Shown: positions 41,666-54,038 of the stretch, piece after piece
Position numbering within the stretch: the stretch's first letter is position 1
Layout: every line of letters begins with the position of its first letter
NCBI GenBank assembly: GCA_021432655.1
Contig: MU271415.1
Span: 1 to 64,000 of the forward strand
Length of the DNA stretch: 64,000 nt
Source of the DNA: Atractiella rhizophila
Lineage: Eukaryota
Direction of reading: 5' to 3'
The notes under the pieces: model-generated
Told to the model about the DNA's origin: nothing
Seen by the model: only the letters and a program-made list of their open reading frames with translations
Databases searched by the model: none
Program-made: the position numbers and the translations under genes

Positions 41666-41845
41666 TTCTATTCCTTACACCACGCCTCTCGCGCCTTGTC
41701 TAGCGCTGATTCTTGTTTTGGTGGAGAGGATATGACATATGAGTGTCCAGTTTATGATTCCTGTTGCTGTCGAGATTGGTATTTAATCCATGGTCATTAT
41801 ATTTATCACATCCTACGTTCCCTCACGACACCTTTGGGAGTCGGA

Positions 41846-43259
41846 TTACTCCGAATCGGAGGGTTTGACAAAGTTGCCTGCGACTTTGGACATCAAAAAC
41901 TCTCCATAGACCACTCCCTCTTTCTCCTCCACCTCCTTCCCTTCAGCCTTCATCCTCACCACCAAGCTCTCCAACGGCTCGACCTTCGCATCGAAATTCG
42001 GTTCATAGAAGAACGGCACCCTATCATCCCACCCGATCACAACGATTTCATTAATCCCGAGCTGAGCGATAGACGAACGAAATCCTGTAGTTATCCCCTC
42101 GATGAACAACACGATGAGTCGTGCTCTTGTACAATCCGGCGGTCCATATCTCCCACATCTCTCCGATATTGACGACCAAGCAATCCGGAAGGGGATCCGC
42201 GTCGATCCACTGTTGCCCTTCCTCTGTTTCACCTTCTTTTACGGAAGGTGAAGTCGGTGGGACGGAGGAGGAAGAGGGGGCAAGGACTTGGAGTGCGCCT
42301 TTCGTCCGGTCAGAGAAGAGGAGGGTGTAACAGCCGTAGTCTCTGCGATAACGTATTAACGACCTCATCTTCAATTGGAGCGAGGAGCGAGAAGAAGGGG
42401 TGGGGGAGTGGGACGCACTTGTGTGAACCACAGGAAACGCCGTCGTGGGTTCCTGGAAGGGGTGGATATCCAATCGTTCGAAAGACCCTTTACAGTCTAT
42501 TGGTCAGACAAAGAAAGTATGTAAAAAGCAAGTGAGAGAGACCAAAAGCTGTCTTTCGTGTCCCGAAGCACCCTCTCTTCCTCTTCAGATGTCACCTCGA
42601 GACCGACTAGAGTTGCGCGGACGAGGATTGCCCCCAGCTGTTGCAGTTTGGAGATGTAGGTTGTGATGGTGGATTTGAAGGATGAGGGGTTTGATGGGTA
42701 CAGGTTGTCACCGCGGAGGGGAAGAGGCTTGTTAGTTCCCACAGCTGTTGTCGGTGCTGAGGATGAGGACGCAGTGGAAGAGGGCCAGGGGCGATAGAAG
42801 TCGATTCCTTCAATTTATCTCTTGCTTAGCTTTGACCATCTTCGTTGAGGGAGAAGCATATGAACCTTCATGGAAATCGCTCTATTCCACGATCGATCAT
42901 CAGCACAATAAGCTGAAGACGAAAATACTGACCTTTCCCATCGTTACATTCTCTCCAATCCTCTGATACCCTCTAGCACCATCACTCTCGATACTATCTA
43001 GTCCAATCCGCTCCTTCTCCTCCAAAGGCAACTCAAAGAATGCTCTCGAGACATTGAGCACGCCCTCTTGTAATTCATGCGGGATAAGAGACGAGAAACC
43101 GGTGAGGTAGAAGAAGCCGTGGGAGAGGCAAGCGGAGTGGATGGATCGGGAGCAAGATAGCTGAGACGGCGTGAGACTCAGCGTGAGACTAGAGGGTGAA
43201 GAGTCGGAGGTCGGAGAGAGGTATGGGGAGATATCGACTATTGGAAGTGTTGATGACAT
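41846..43259 (-). CDS. 2-oxoglutarate/Fe(II) dioxygenase (IPNS/DIOX family)
   Basis: LPIVDISPYL, HGFFYLTG, ARGYQRIGEN, spliced CGSHKDYGC (HxD), YKSTTHRVVH, PFFYEPNFDA. Confidence 0.92.
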
Positions 43260-43528
43260 GAAAATATTTAGATTCCTTTGAAAACAGCTGATCAGCTATT
43301 CTTGAGACTGTAATTAATGTCTGCCTTGATCAAGCAATGAAGTTGAAGCCGTAAACAAGGAGATCTCGATCGTTTGCTTGTTCAAGGGAGTCAGATAAAC
43401 TTTATGCCTACTGCAGCCAACGCTTTCTTCTCCCCAAATCAACGACGAATCTCCCACTATTCATCTAGCTATCCTTCTTTTGATTCTTCTGCCACATACA
43501 CACTTTCTCTTCTGCGCCACCGTCTCCA

Positions 43529-44883
43529 ATGGACTCACTCCCAGATCTTGCCTCCCTCAAAGAGCTCGAAGCGTCCCTCAACGATCCCACTCCCCAGTCT
43601 TCCTACCTCCACAACGCTTTTCAGACTGGACCTAAGGGCGTACTGTCCGATTCTTCTGGAGGAAGCGGATTCAAGGCTTCGCAAACTGGTCCTAAGGGCG
43701 TGTTGAATGATTATAAAGGTGCGTTTTGTCGCTTTTGAACGAAACAGTTGGGTTGGGAACAAGTTAAAAGTCGCTCGAGTGGCAAAGATTCTTACTGAAT
43801 GCAGAAATTTTACCTCTTGAACGAAATTGAAGCTGAGAGTTGTGCATTTGTGAGGTTCAAGATTTTGATCTTGCTTCTTTCAACTCGATGCTAAACATAT
43901 CAACGGGTGTAATCAACTCCATACCTTTCCGCACAGATCTTCATTTGCTTGCATAATGTCCTGCAGGATACGACTCTAGTCCAATGCGTGTCACAAAAGT
44001 ATCTTGGGCAAAATTTCATTCTTGAGAAATGAAATGTTCCACGAACCTCCTCTCGATCGCGATCTATGAATACTCACTTTCATTCCCTAATTCAGATGCA
44101 CGAAAGACCACCCGAACAGGGGTGAAGGGTGTTCTCGCAGACTTTTCCAGTGGGGACCTCACAGAGTCTACCTCGCGTCCATCCTTCTGGACCGCCCGTC
44201 CGTCGTCTCGCAATGCGAACGATAACGACGATGATGAAGCGGAGGAGGAGCGGGAAGCGAGTTCTGAAAGTGAAGAGGAGTTTCGTCGACCTGGAAAGGA
44301 GAGGATGGCGGGCACGGGCCATGGCGTTGGTGTGATTGTGGGGGGGATGGGGAAGAGGACTGTTGCGTTGGGAGGGAGCTTGACTGCGAAAGCGGAGAAG
44401 GAGACGAATGAAGAGGAGGAGGACGGAGAGGAGGATGATGAGCTCGCGTTGGCGTTGGAGAGAGACGGTGGCAAGAGAAGCCATTTGAGGCATGTCACGG
44501 AACTTTCGTTATTGAATCGAATCGATAAAGGTGACAAGATCATATTGTGCATCTATGATTCTGTGCGTCTCTCATTTATTATTTGATTTGTGCCTCACTG
44601 ATCGATAAAATGTTTGTAGTCCGATTTCTCAACCCATGTTCTCAATGCACTCGCCAACCGCATCCGCTCCTCCATCAATTCAGACGTGACCTACCTCCGT
44701 CTCCCATCCATCGCCCTCTCCTCTCCCCTCCTCGAACTCGAAAGCCTGACCGATCCCGATCTCCTTCCCTGTCTCGTATGTTACGAACGGGGAGAGGTGA
44801 AAGGGAGCGAATTCAGGATCGGGGTCGATGGAGGAGAAGTAACGAAGGAGTTGGATAAGATACTCAAGGTTTGGGGTTGCTGA
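43529..44883 (+). CDS. Phosducin-like protein (thioredoxin-fold C-terminus)
   Basis: QTGPKGVLSD, QTGPKGVLNDY and RTGVKGVLADF motifs, acidic linker, DPDLLPCLVCYERGEV. Confidence 0.8.
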
Positions 44884-45389
44884 TTCTTTCGTTTTCGGAG
44901 CTTCTTGTTGGGAATCTGGATGGAAATTTCAGTATCGTTTCGTTCATAAGTTTTTCTGCTTGAGGTTTAACGATGGATTCGTTGATCAGTACCTCATTCA
45001 CCGTATTGTGCAAATAATACTCATCGTTCCTTGTTTTGAACTTGTGAAGACGCTGGAACTAAAAAAGGAATGAAACAGAGATTGAATGCAGTAGATGTAC
45101 AAATGGGCACCGCAGGAAAGTAGGAAGCAAGAGGTATGTTGCTCCCGTCTAAGATTTTCATCAACTTGAAGGTCCACGCCACCGTGAATACGCAGCTGGA
45201 CAACTCTGTGGCCTTATTAAATCAACGTCCATGATACTTTTCCCCTCTTCCCTTCAGCCTTTTGTTCCCAAACCAAACCAAACAGAAAGAAGACGCGAAG
45301 CGTCCCCCTCTCCTCCCTCATCACCAGGTAAAGCTCTGAGGTCAGAGGCGCCTTTCCTTCCCTCGCTCCCACGGGCAGAGAGAGAGCAA

Positions 45390-46181
45390 TCAAAGTTTTG
45401 CTCCTTCCCTGAATCCCCGACTGACGATAGTACTCGGCGCGACCCCAAAGTCGTCTCCAACCTTCACTCCAAGCTCTTGCGTAATGATGACGCGCGCAAG
45501 GGAGTAGTGGTGAATAGCATGATGGGATGCAAACCACAGCTGTGTACGTTGCGGCATTCTCAATAATCAGCACTCAGTCAGTCCAATATATGGAGAAAGA
45601 CAGACCTCTCGAGCTACAGTGGAATGCATCTCGACTCTTTCCGGTGTGACAGCCGCGAGTTTAATTGTGCGCTCCGCTAGGGAAGGAGGAGAGGAAAGAA
45701 GCGCTTCCAGTTGCTTCTTCAGCTCGTTGTAGGCTTTTATGCATGCTGGCACGGAGGTTTCGAGCTCTGTGGGGCGGGAGAGGTGTCGTTCGTCGTAATT
45801 TACTGGAATTTCTCGTGTAGAGGGAGCAGCAGCAAGAGACGAGAGAAGGATGCGATAATGGTCGTGTATATGACTTGCATCACACATTTGTCAGTCTCAA
45901 CAGAGATTCGACACCCATCCCAACACAAGCAAGCAGAGAAGAGAAGCTTACCGTAAATGCTTTCCCACGCTCGACCCCGGTATGCACTTGGACTCTTGAG
46001 ACAACTGCTTGTCTTCCAGCACAGCTAAAACCGCCAATCCTTGGCTAGCGAGGGTTAGAGCGGTGCGGACGAGAGCAGAGAGAGGGTGATCTTCTGCTGA
46101 CTCTGCTTCGTTGGGGTTGGTGGGTTTAGAGAATGTGGTCCTGGAGGAACTGGGGACCAAAGAGCTGGAGGTGTGTGGCAT
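45390..46181 (-). CDS. DinB-superfamily His-metal protein with C-terminal PTS1 (AKL)
   Basis: SSVGKHLRHIHDHY, VNYDER, STVARELWFASHHAIHHY, DFGVAPST; ends GAKL*. Confidence 0.75.
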
Positions 46182-46394
46182 GGTGGGATTGCGTGTCTCA
46201 AAGAGTCACAATATGTCAAAAGAAGAGGAGGATATGCTTATGCTTGGATATGCAGAAGAATATGTATTCGCTGAGACACGGGAATCGGCAGCTCCCGGCA
46301 TTCAGGTCAAAGGCCCGAAGCTTACATGAGGAACGATCGAGACTCCCTTGTTCCACCCTTATCAAGTTCTGCAATATCATTAATTGACTTGCAC

Positions 46395-46431
46395 CCTCTC
46401 AACTTTATGACATTGACTGAAAGTTGAGAGG
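46395..46431. repeat. Perfect 12-bp inverted repeat with a 13-nt spacer, in a divergent intergenic region
   Basis: cctctcaacttt (46395-46406) / aaagttgagagg (46420-46431). Confidence 0.8.
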
Positions 46432-46964
46432 CGAAGAACAACAAGGAAGCCGTCGTCTTATCGTTCTGACTTGAGTTAAATTAGGTCAGCCCTTTCAGTT
46501 ACAGTGATGATAAAGTCTCTGTCCAGAATCGATCATTTGTCACTTACAAAAGTGTCCAATGTGTGGTCAAGTTGATTGGTCTTCACAATCGTAGACTAGA
46601 GAATACACGTCTGAAGGTTCATCAGACGTCGAGCGCGTCAAGACAACACGCTCTGATCAACGAACTGCTTCGTTATCGATATCGCACTTTGAACTGGATC
46701 GTGTATTGTGTATTGCCTTGTAACCTTTCAAACCATGCGATATTCTCCCTACAGCTCAAAATTATCCTTCTCCCGCTTTACTTGCAGTATAGGTCAAAAA
46801 CTTACTTGAACTTACACCGACTAACATCAATCTCAGTCTTGTTTGTAACGCCGAACAACTAACGCAGAACACTTAAAACAGTCAGTGTCTTGCCTTCTTT
46901 GATAAGCGATCGAAGTCACCACTACGCGGTTACTGATAGAACTCCTTGAAGGATAAAGATCAGC

Positions 46965-48052
46965 ATGCTCGAAATCCCCGTTATTCCCAGCAAAGATCTG
47001 TCCCCCAACGCTCTCGCTCCTCTGCTTGAGCCGGCTCTCACAACCACCGGATTCTTATGTCTCGACATCAAAGGCCACCCTTTGCTCGAGCAGTCCAACC
47101 GCGTGTTTGGGATCAGCAAGCGGTTCTTTGCTGAGGAGAAAGAGGAGGATAAGATGCGATGTCGTATTGGAAACGATAATCGTGGATACGGTAAGCTGGG
47201 GACGGAGACTTTGGATCCCGAAAAAGATGAGGTGGGAGATGTGAAGGAGTGAGTCCTTCCTAAGGCGTGCCATAAATTGGTTTTGACACCCGAGAAAGGT
47301 TCTTCAATATGGGTCTCTTCAATCAGAGCAATGGAAAATACACTACGAAGCAAAGTCTCCCGTCAGTTCTATCGGAAGGAGTGAACGAAATCGGTCGCTT
47401 TCAAGAGCTCTGTCACGATTTCTGTCAATCGCTACTCAACGCTCTGGCCGTCTCTCTCTCCCTCGACACATCCTTCTTCTCGTCCCAGCACACCTACAGT
47501 TCCGCATCAGTATCGACGCTGCGACTACTGTATTACCCGCCTTCTACTGCAACTTCAAGTGCTAGCGAAACGAAAATCTCCTCCCGAGCCGGTGCTCATT
47601 CAGACTATGGCTCCCTCACGCTGCTTTTTCAAACTCCTTCCGGCTCAAATGGGCTCGAAATCCTTCCTCCTGGATCAAAGGAGTGGACGCCTGTCAACGT
47701 ACCCCCTGACTGTGTACTCGTCAACGTTGGCGATGCTCTCGAGTTTTGGACGGGAGGAAAGTTCAAATCCACGCTTCACAGAGTCACCGCTGGGCCAAAC
47801 GGCGGTGATGGAGCCGGCGCGGAACGATGGAGCATTGCCTTCTTCGATCAACCCGATAAAGAGGTGCCTCTTGTTGTTGGAGATGGAACTGTAGGTGTGA
47901 ATGAGATCGACGAGGCGGAGAAGAAGAGATTGGAGGCTAAAGGTGTCAAGTTGGGAGAGAGAATTACGGCTGGTGAACATTTGGAACGGAGGTTGAATGC
48001 TACTTATGGTGAGCTGAGGAAAGGCGGTGGAAAGGTCGAGATCATGACCTGA
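46965..48052 (+). CDS. 2-oxoglutarate/Fe(II) dioxygenase (IPNS/DIOX family)
   Basis: NRGYGKLGTETLDP, TLRLLYYPP, RAGAHSDYGSLTLLFQ, FKSTLHRV, RWSIAFF. Confidence 0.93.
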
Positions 48053-48356
48053 ACAATTCTCAATCCTCCTACCGCACATTTCTAACATAGGTCAATTGCG
48101 CCAACATTGGGACGTTCTTTGGTATGAGCATGAATTGATTGGTAGAGGAAAGGACACCTGTCACTTTATTATTCTAAGACTGGAAACACAAATGCTACAC
48201 AAAATACGCGTACACAAGTTCAGTCATGTGGCGCTTTACTGTAAGAGAAAAATGCTTCACGATGCACGTGATTTACACAGTGTAATAACATTCGGGACGA
48301 CTTTTGACCTTTTTGCCAACGCCAACGACGAGCTTATCAGCTGGTATTCGAGGAGC

Positions 48357-49404
48357 ATGAACCTATTGCGGCCTAGAATGGCTGGATTTTTATCAGCAAG
48401 GGATTTACAGGAACTTGGGAGGAGATTTTACACGGTTCCAGCTCAGCCAGACGAAGTGCGTAAGCAGCATTTCGAGGACAAATATGCAGCGAAATTGAGA
48501 GCTGCTAAGGAAAGGTGAGTTCCTCCACCCTCGTCATTATGGGTCTTTCGAACGAGATTGCTGTGCGCATAGTGCTGGACTGATAAACGCTCACCAGCAA
48601 AGTTGGCCAACCAGCTCCTGCGCCACCTGCTCAAGTCAAACCAACGCCAGCTCCTGCTGCGTCCAGTTCTAGTTCCTCAAAGCCCAAGCTACCTGTTAAA
48701 GTATGCATGAGCTCCTTTATGCATGACTATTAACTGACGGTGTTTGTAGCCGCTCTCGTCAATTCTGAAGCCGGCAGCATACGAAACCTCTGCGGAAACA
48801 CTTTCTCAGTTATGGAACGCACATCACACACAAGCTACATCCGGGAACCTCCTTAGTGCTGTTATCCCTCTCAAGACGTATTTGGAGATGGAACGGGTAG
48901 CCAAGCGATATAAGGAGTTTGTGGTTCCTTTGAAACGGGGCGAAGACGCGGTGGAGATGCATTTCCTGGTATGCCGTGCTCCGATATCTTGTGATTCAAC
49001 GTTGCTCATGACGCACGGTGCAGCAATGGGGCTTTATTCCACATCCTGAGCCTCCATCTCCGCCAGTCCCTCCACTATCCACCGTACTCTTCACGCCCCT
49101 CGCTGCTTATCGCTCTCAAAACGACTTCGCGCAACCACACCTCATCCTAACTCACTATACCGACCTTGAAGCCTCTCACGACATTGTTCTTATGCGCGGA
49201 GAGATCACGGCCGGTCAATCCGGGACTGGAACTTTGTTGGCACCGACGGATGCCATGCGGTTGGTGTTGCAGTTACAGCAGTTCTATTGGGCGGAAGGTA
49301 AGGAGGATGATGAGAAGAGACAGTTGCTGGTGCGCTTTCATGAAGCACCAGAACAGTTTGATATCGAGAAGCTCATTGAGCTGGGCAAGTCCCAGGAAAT
49401 ATAA
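48357..49404 (+). CDS. ATP11: Mitochondrial F1-ATPase assembly chaperone
   Basis: Arg-rich presequence, FEDKYAAKL, EMHFL|QWGF, STVLFTPLAAY, LTHYTDL...IVLMRGEIT, LQQFY. Confidence 0.88.
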
Positions 49405-50278
49405 TGGCCCATTAGAAGCTCATTAGAGACTGATGACTTTTGCAACGTGACCCTCAGCTCAGCTCCTGCATGGATGTCGGTACCACGTCGGGAAAGCACC
49501 AGTAGATGAATTATATGAATGATTCTTTGTGCCTCAAGCACCATTATATGCGTGGAGCCCGTCTTCATAAGTGGCTGCCCCCTTTTGCTCTCGATGCAGC
49601 TGGATGTTGTCCTGATACGACTTGTCCAACTTATATAACTTCCGTTCTCCTGCTTTGTTCTCCGTTTCGGGTGTCTTGCGGGGGTCTCTGCGTCCGCGGA
49701 AGCAGAGCGGCAATTAGCGTGCGTCGAATAGGCATGGTTGAACACTGTGGTTTGAGCGAGCCAGTCCGGTGGTTTAGAAGTACTGTTCCTCATTTCCAAA
49801 CTCACGAGTTGACCTTGCGTCAACCTTGTGGGTGATAATTCAACTCAGCCTGGACCATACCCACATGAATGGATCGCTTATTGACTGCTCGCTGCTTCCT
49901 TCGTTTCCAAGCAGACTCAAAGCGGAAGAAGGCGATCGAAGACGACACCAATGACGGAACTTGTCCGCCTCCCGCTGGATCGCCTCACCTCCAAGTGCTT
50001 CCAATCGGTTTGAACTGCCATTCCTGATTCCAATCCCCCAGCTTTTTATTTCGAGAAGCAGCTTTGAGCAACCAAGAACCTTTCTGGCGTCTTCTGTAGG
50101 ACGATAAGCAACGATAAAAGCTCCCTTTGTATTGGAAAGTTCCTTCGCAATCGAGGTGAACTTGCTCAAAATTTGCTCGAGTTGGGCTGTCACCACGCAC
50201 AAAAAGGGCGTTCCACTTTCAGGCTTTTCACCTTGTCACATGGAAACGTGGAGGCCTTGGAGCCACTCGGTTAACGAG

Positions 50279-51561
50279 ATGCCTCTCCCACAGACGCAGA
50301 AGGGATATTGGATCGGACTCGAGGGCAAGGAGTTTAGGGATGTGCCAGTTGAAGAGCCTGAGGAGGGGGAGATTCTGATACGAAATGTCGCAGTGGCAAG
50401 CAATCCGAAGGTGTGAATGGTTCTGGCCATGATGTGGTGTTGCTGATATGTCGTCAAGGATTGGAAGCTGGTGCATATGTTCGGGTGGGAAGGCATACAG
50501 GGTAATGATGTTGCTGGGATTGTGGTGGCGGTTGGAGAGGGGGTGACGGATTTCAAGGTCGGTGACAAGGTGAGAGAACGTTCACTCAACTGCGCACTCT
50601 GCTCATGATGGCTTAGGTGGCAGCCATGACCAAACTACTTGTGGTTACTTCCTTCCCCCTTTCACGGCATGCCTAGCTCATTCAGACTGCAGCATCCGAA
50701 ATACGGAGCCTACCAATTCTACACTATCGCCTCTGCAGATGTCGCCTTTCACATTCCGGAAGGGATGTCGTTCGAACAAGCAGCGACCATTCCACTCTGT
50801 TACACCTCAGCATGCATGGCTCTCTTCGAAAAGCTGTTCCTTCCGACCCCATGGGACCCTATCAAGCCTGAAGAGAAGTTTCCTATCATCATCTATGGCG
50901 CGGTATCGAGTTGCGGATCTTTCGCAGTACAACTTGCTAAACAGGCTGGATTGGAGGTGATTGGAGTTGTGAAGTCGAATGAGGAATTGGCACGACAATT
51001 GGGATGTGATGAAGGTGAGCGTCAGAACGGCCTGGTTTCAGCCCAAATGCTTAATGGTGCTTCAGTAATCAACTGCTGCAACATGTCTTCGGAAGAGATA
51101 ACATCAGCTCTTCTTTCGGCTCTTGATGGACGATCACACTTAGTAACGAAGGCGTACGACACAATTGCGGAAGTCGAAACCCTTACGCCGCTCGTCGACT
51201 TTTTCTGCTCTTTGCCTCGTAACGGAGCGGAAGACAAGATTGTTGGTAAGATGGCTCCTTCATCGATCCTCTCAAAAGTATGTTGAATTCTGCGTGCTTA
51301 GCAAACCTCTTCACGAACGTTCCAGCACCAGACGATGGCTCCCTCAACATTTTACGGATGACCGTCTCGACAGCATATGAAACAGGTCTGACCCGCGAGT
51401 GGTTCGATTACATCGTGAAGGAGAACAAAATCAAGCCACATCGCGTTGAAGTCATCCCCGGAGGCCTTAAAGGGGTTGAAGAAGGACTGCGGAGGTTGGA
51501 ACACAACGAGGTTGATGCCTGCAAACTCGTTTATCGCATGGAAGAGACTGGAGACATCTGA
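50279..51561 (+). CDS. Zn-independent MDR / trans-enoyl-reductase-like oxidoreductase (ToxD/LovC-like)
   Basis: NVAVASNPKDWK, GNDVAGIVVAVGEGVTDFKVGDKV, SFEQAATIPL, IIYGAVSSCGSFAVQLAK, GGLKGVEEGL...KLVY. Confidence 0.88.
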
Positions 51562-52253
51562 ATTCTTTCTTGCCTTTTCTCGTTGCATCGTGCTGGGTGA
51601 CAGTGCCTTATTCTGTCCTATTCGGTCTTTCTCTTTCTGTCTGTCTTTCTGTCAGTTTTAGGCTGCCTGAGGTCCGGAGCCTTCCTTTCCTTTCCTTTTG
51701 ATGACCTTATTGTCTTCGCTAATGCTGTAGTTTCGTGCATGTCGAGCTCATTGGGGCTTCGCGCAGTTTGTTGTTGGCGGTACCCTCGACTGAACCCGAA
51801 ATGAAATTGATATCGTTCCCAGTACGTCTATGCTTGTCAATTTCGCAACGACTCGGATCGATTGAGACGTGATTTGATGTGAATTAGAAAGGCATGGGAA
51901 AACACGATAGCCTCCAACTTGGCAGGAGATCTTGCGAGCACGAGAACGCTGAAGAGCTCAGCGGAAACATATTATAGTAATGCTTCTATCGCAGTTTGGC
52001 CGTAACTTGAACGCAAGTAAGCAATAGCGGAAGGGCCTTAAGTGTCGATCAGTCGGGTGCGACCACTTCGTGATATTTGGAGCACCCTGATGACCATTCC
52101 CTGAGAAAACGGGCGAGTGACTGAGAGGGGATTAGAGTATATTACTTTTCTGGCAAGCCAGGTGTAGACGGTCTAGAAGTGAAAGACAAAACAACGACGG
52201 CCGAGCATATAACTCAAAAAAAAGGTATACACAAATCAGCACGACAGCACAAA

Positions 52254-53581
52254 TCATGCTGGTTGTGCTGTTGAAGGAGCAGCGGGATCACTGTACACCG
52301 GAAGTTGTGGCCGTGTTCTAATGACAATGAATGAGGAATAGCGATAGACAGCGTAATTAAAGAAGGCTTACGACTCAGCCATTAGCCGCGAAGCCAAGAC
52401 TCCTACTCCCTCAAATACTCCTAAGAGAATACCACACGAGATTGCAGATCCGAGCATAGCCCGTGGTCCACCTAGCATTTTCGTCAGCATCCGGATCTCC
52501 TTTGTTGTCGAGAGAAAATACCTCGGATTCCTAAACATCCACCCGTACAGAACCCTGACAGGATGGCGTTCCACGGGTCTTCCTTCCCCCTTATCCCTTT
52601 GATCGCACAGTCGAAAGAAGAGAACATCCCTCCCCATACACCGAAATTTCCACCAACGACTGGCGCACGAGCTTTGATCGCTGCTATCGAAGAGATAGCT
52701 CGATCTCCCTGTTAATCATCCAGACGCAGTTAGTGTCGGCTTTATGCTGCCACAGCGAGAAGCTCAAGAGGTTCCAAGTTGGGACAGAGACGCATGATTG
52801 GGAAGAAGGCGCGAAGGCTTGTTTTCAATATTCAGCCACGATACCTGTTTGGATGCGTAGTATTCGTCACACTCGTCCATTCTCTGAAAGGATCATAGTA
52901 ACATGGACGAGATTCCAACTTTGCGATTGACTGATTTAGATTCAAACATTACGACCGATTGAGGCTCGTGGACAACATCATATCGTCTATCGCAAGTATA
53001 TATGCAACTTTTGGGAGTTTGCAAACAGAGAGATGAAAGTAAGTAGCCCCTAGCTGGAATGATGAACATTGCCACAAGGTAATCATTAAGTTTCAGCTAA
53101 TTAACGTTGGAGGAACTGGCAGCGCAACGCCCAGTGCTGAAGGCAACATATATGCCAGAATGGTCACCGGAAAGTTGATACAGCTTCAGGATGGGCCGAA
53201 GTGCCACCTTAAGCGTTCTCATGGCAATGGAGTCTTCCATCACCTCAGTTAACCATCAAAGGCCAATGACCAGAACTAGTTTACTCCAGCTGTCCACTGC
53301 CATTCCCTGACAAACGGAGAGATGTCAGAAACTACTTACCCTAGGGGAGTTCCTAGCACCCTTAATACCGTGCCACAGTGTTCCTCCAATTGCTCCCATA
53401 GCAAAAGCGCCACCAAAGTCGTTCAAGATAACCCATGGGCTTTAGCCGTCCACCATAATGTCAGCTACCTTTTCTACAATATATACACAAGCGCACCATG
53501 GGTCCCGAGTATGGTCGCTAACAGTGACCGTCAGGACAATCTAATGAAGAGAGAAGTGGACAGAGCGTACTAGTGCGACAT
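52254..53581 (-). CDS. TIM17: Mitochondrial inner-membrane translocase subunit Tim17
   Basis: Hand-spliced [47 protein letters not shown]...[38 protein letters not shown]. Confidence 0.96.
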
Positions 53582-54038
53582 ATTGAAAGGTTAGGGAACG
53601 AGTTGGAGCAACGGAAAGAAAGGGTGGAGGCGAAGATGGATGTCGTGGTCGTCGGCAAACACAAACTTTTTGGCTGTGGCGAGAAGACATTCGGTTCCGG
53701 ACTTTGACCTTTAGCTGATTAACAAATTTTTGGGATTGCTCATTCTTTCAGTCAACGCCAAATAGTATCATTAATTTCTAGTGTTGATTTGGGACGCTGC
53801 AGAAACAAGCAAGCTTGTGGTCAATATGAGGATTATATGATGATGGATGGATTGTTTGGACTGTACCATTGCAAAGAACAGGATGAACGACAAATCATAA
53901 TGAACCAAATCAAATCAGTGGATATGAGAAGAAAGGTGCTAAAAGTATACACAGGGTAAAGTTTGGAAAAGGAAGATGAATATGGATGAATGCATACTTG
54001 AAATATACAGATAAATGATGAATTGGTGCTCTTTATCG

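Noticed and set aside
49338..50202. Cys-rich 109-aa ORF and 120/161-aa minus-strand ORFs between ATP11 and the reductase
   Set aside because: No signal peptide, motif or consistent exon structure.
52709..53339. RNase P/MRP, SRP RNA or C/D snoRNA in the TIM17 intron
   Set aside because: The required paired motifs (both P4 strands; canonical C box with terminal D box) were not found.
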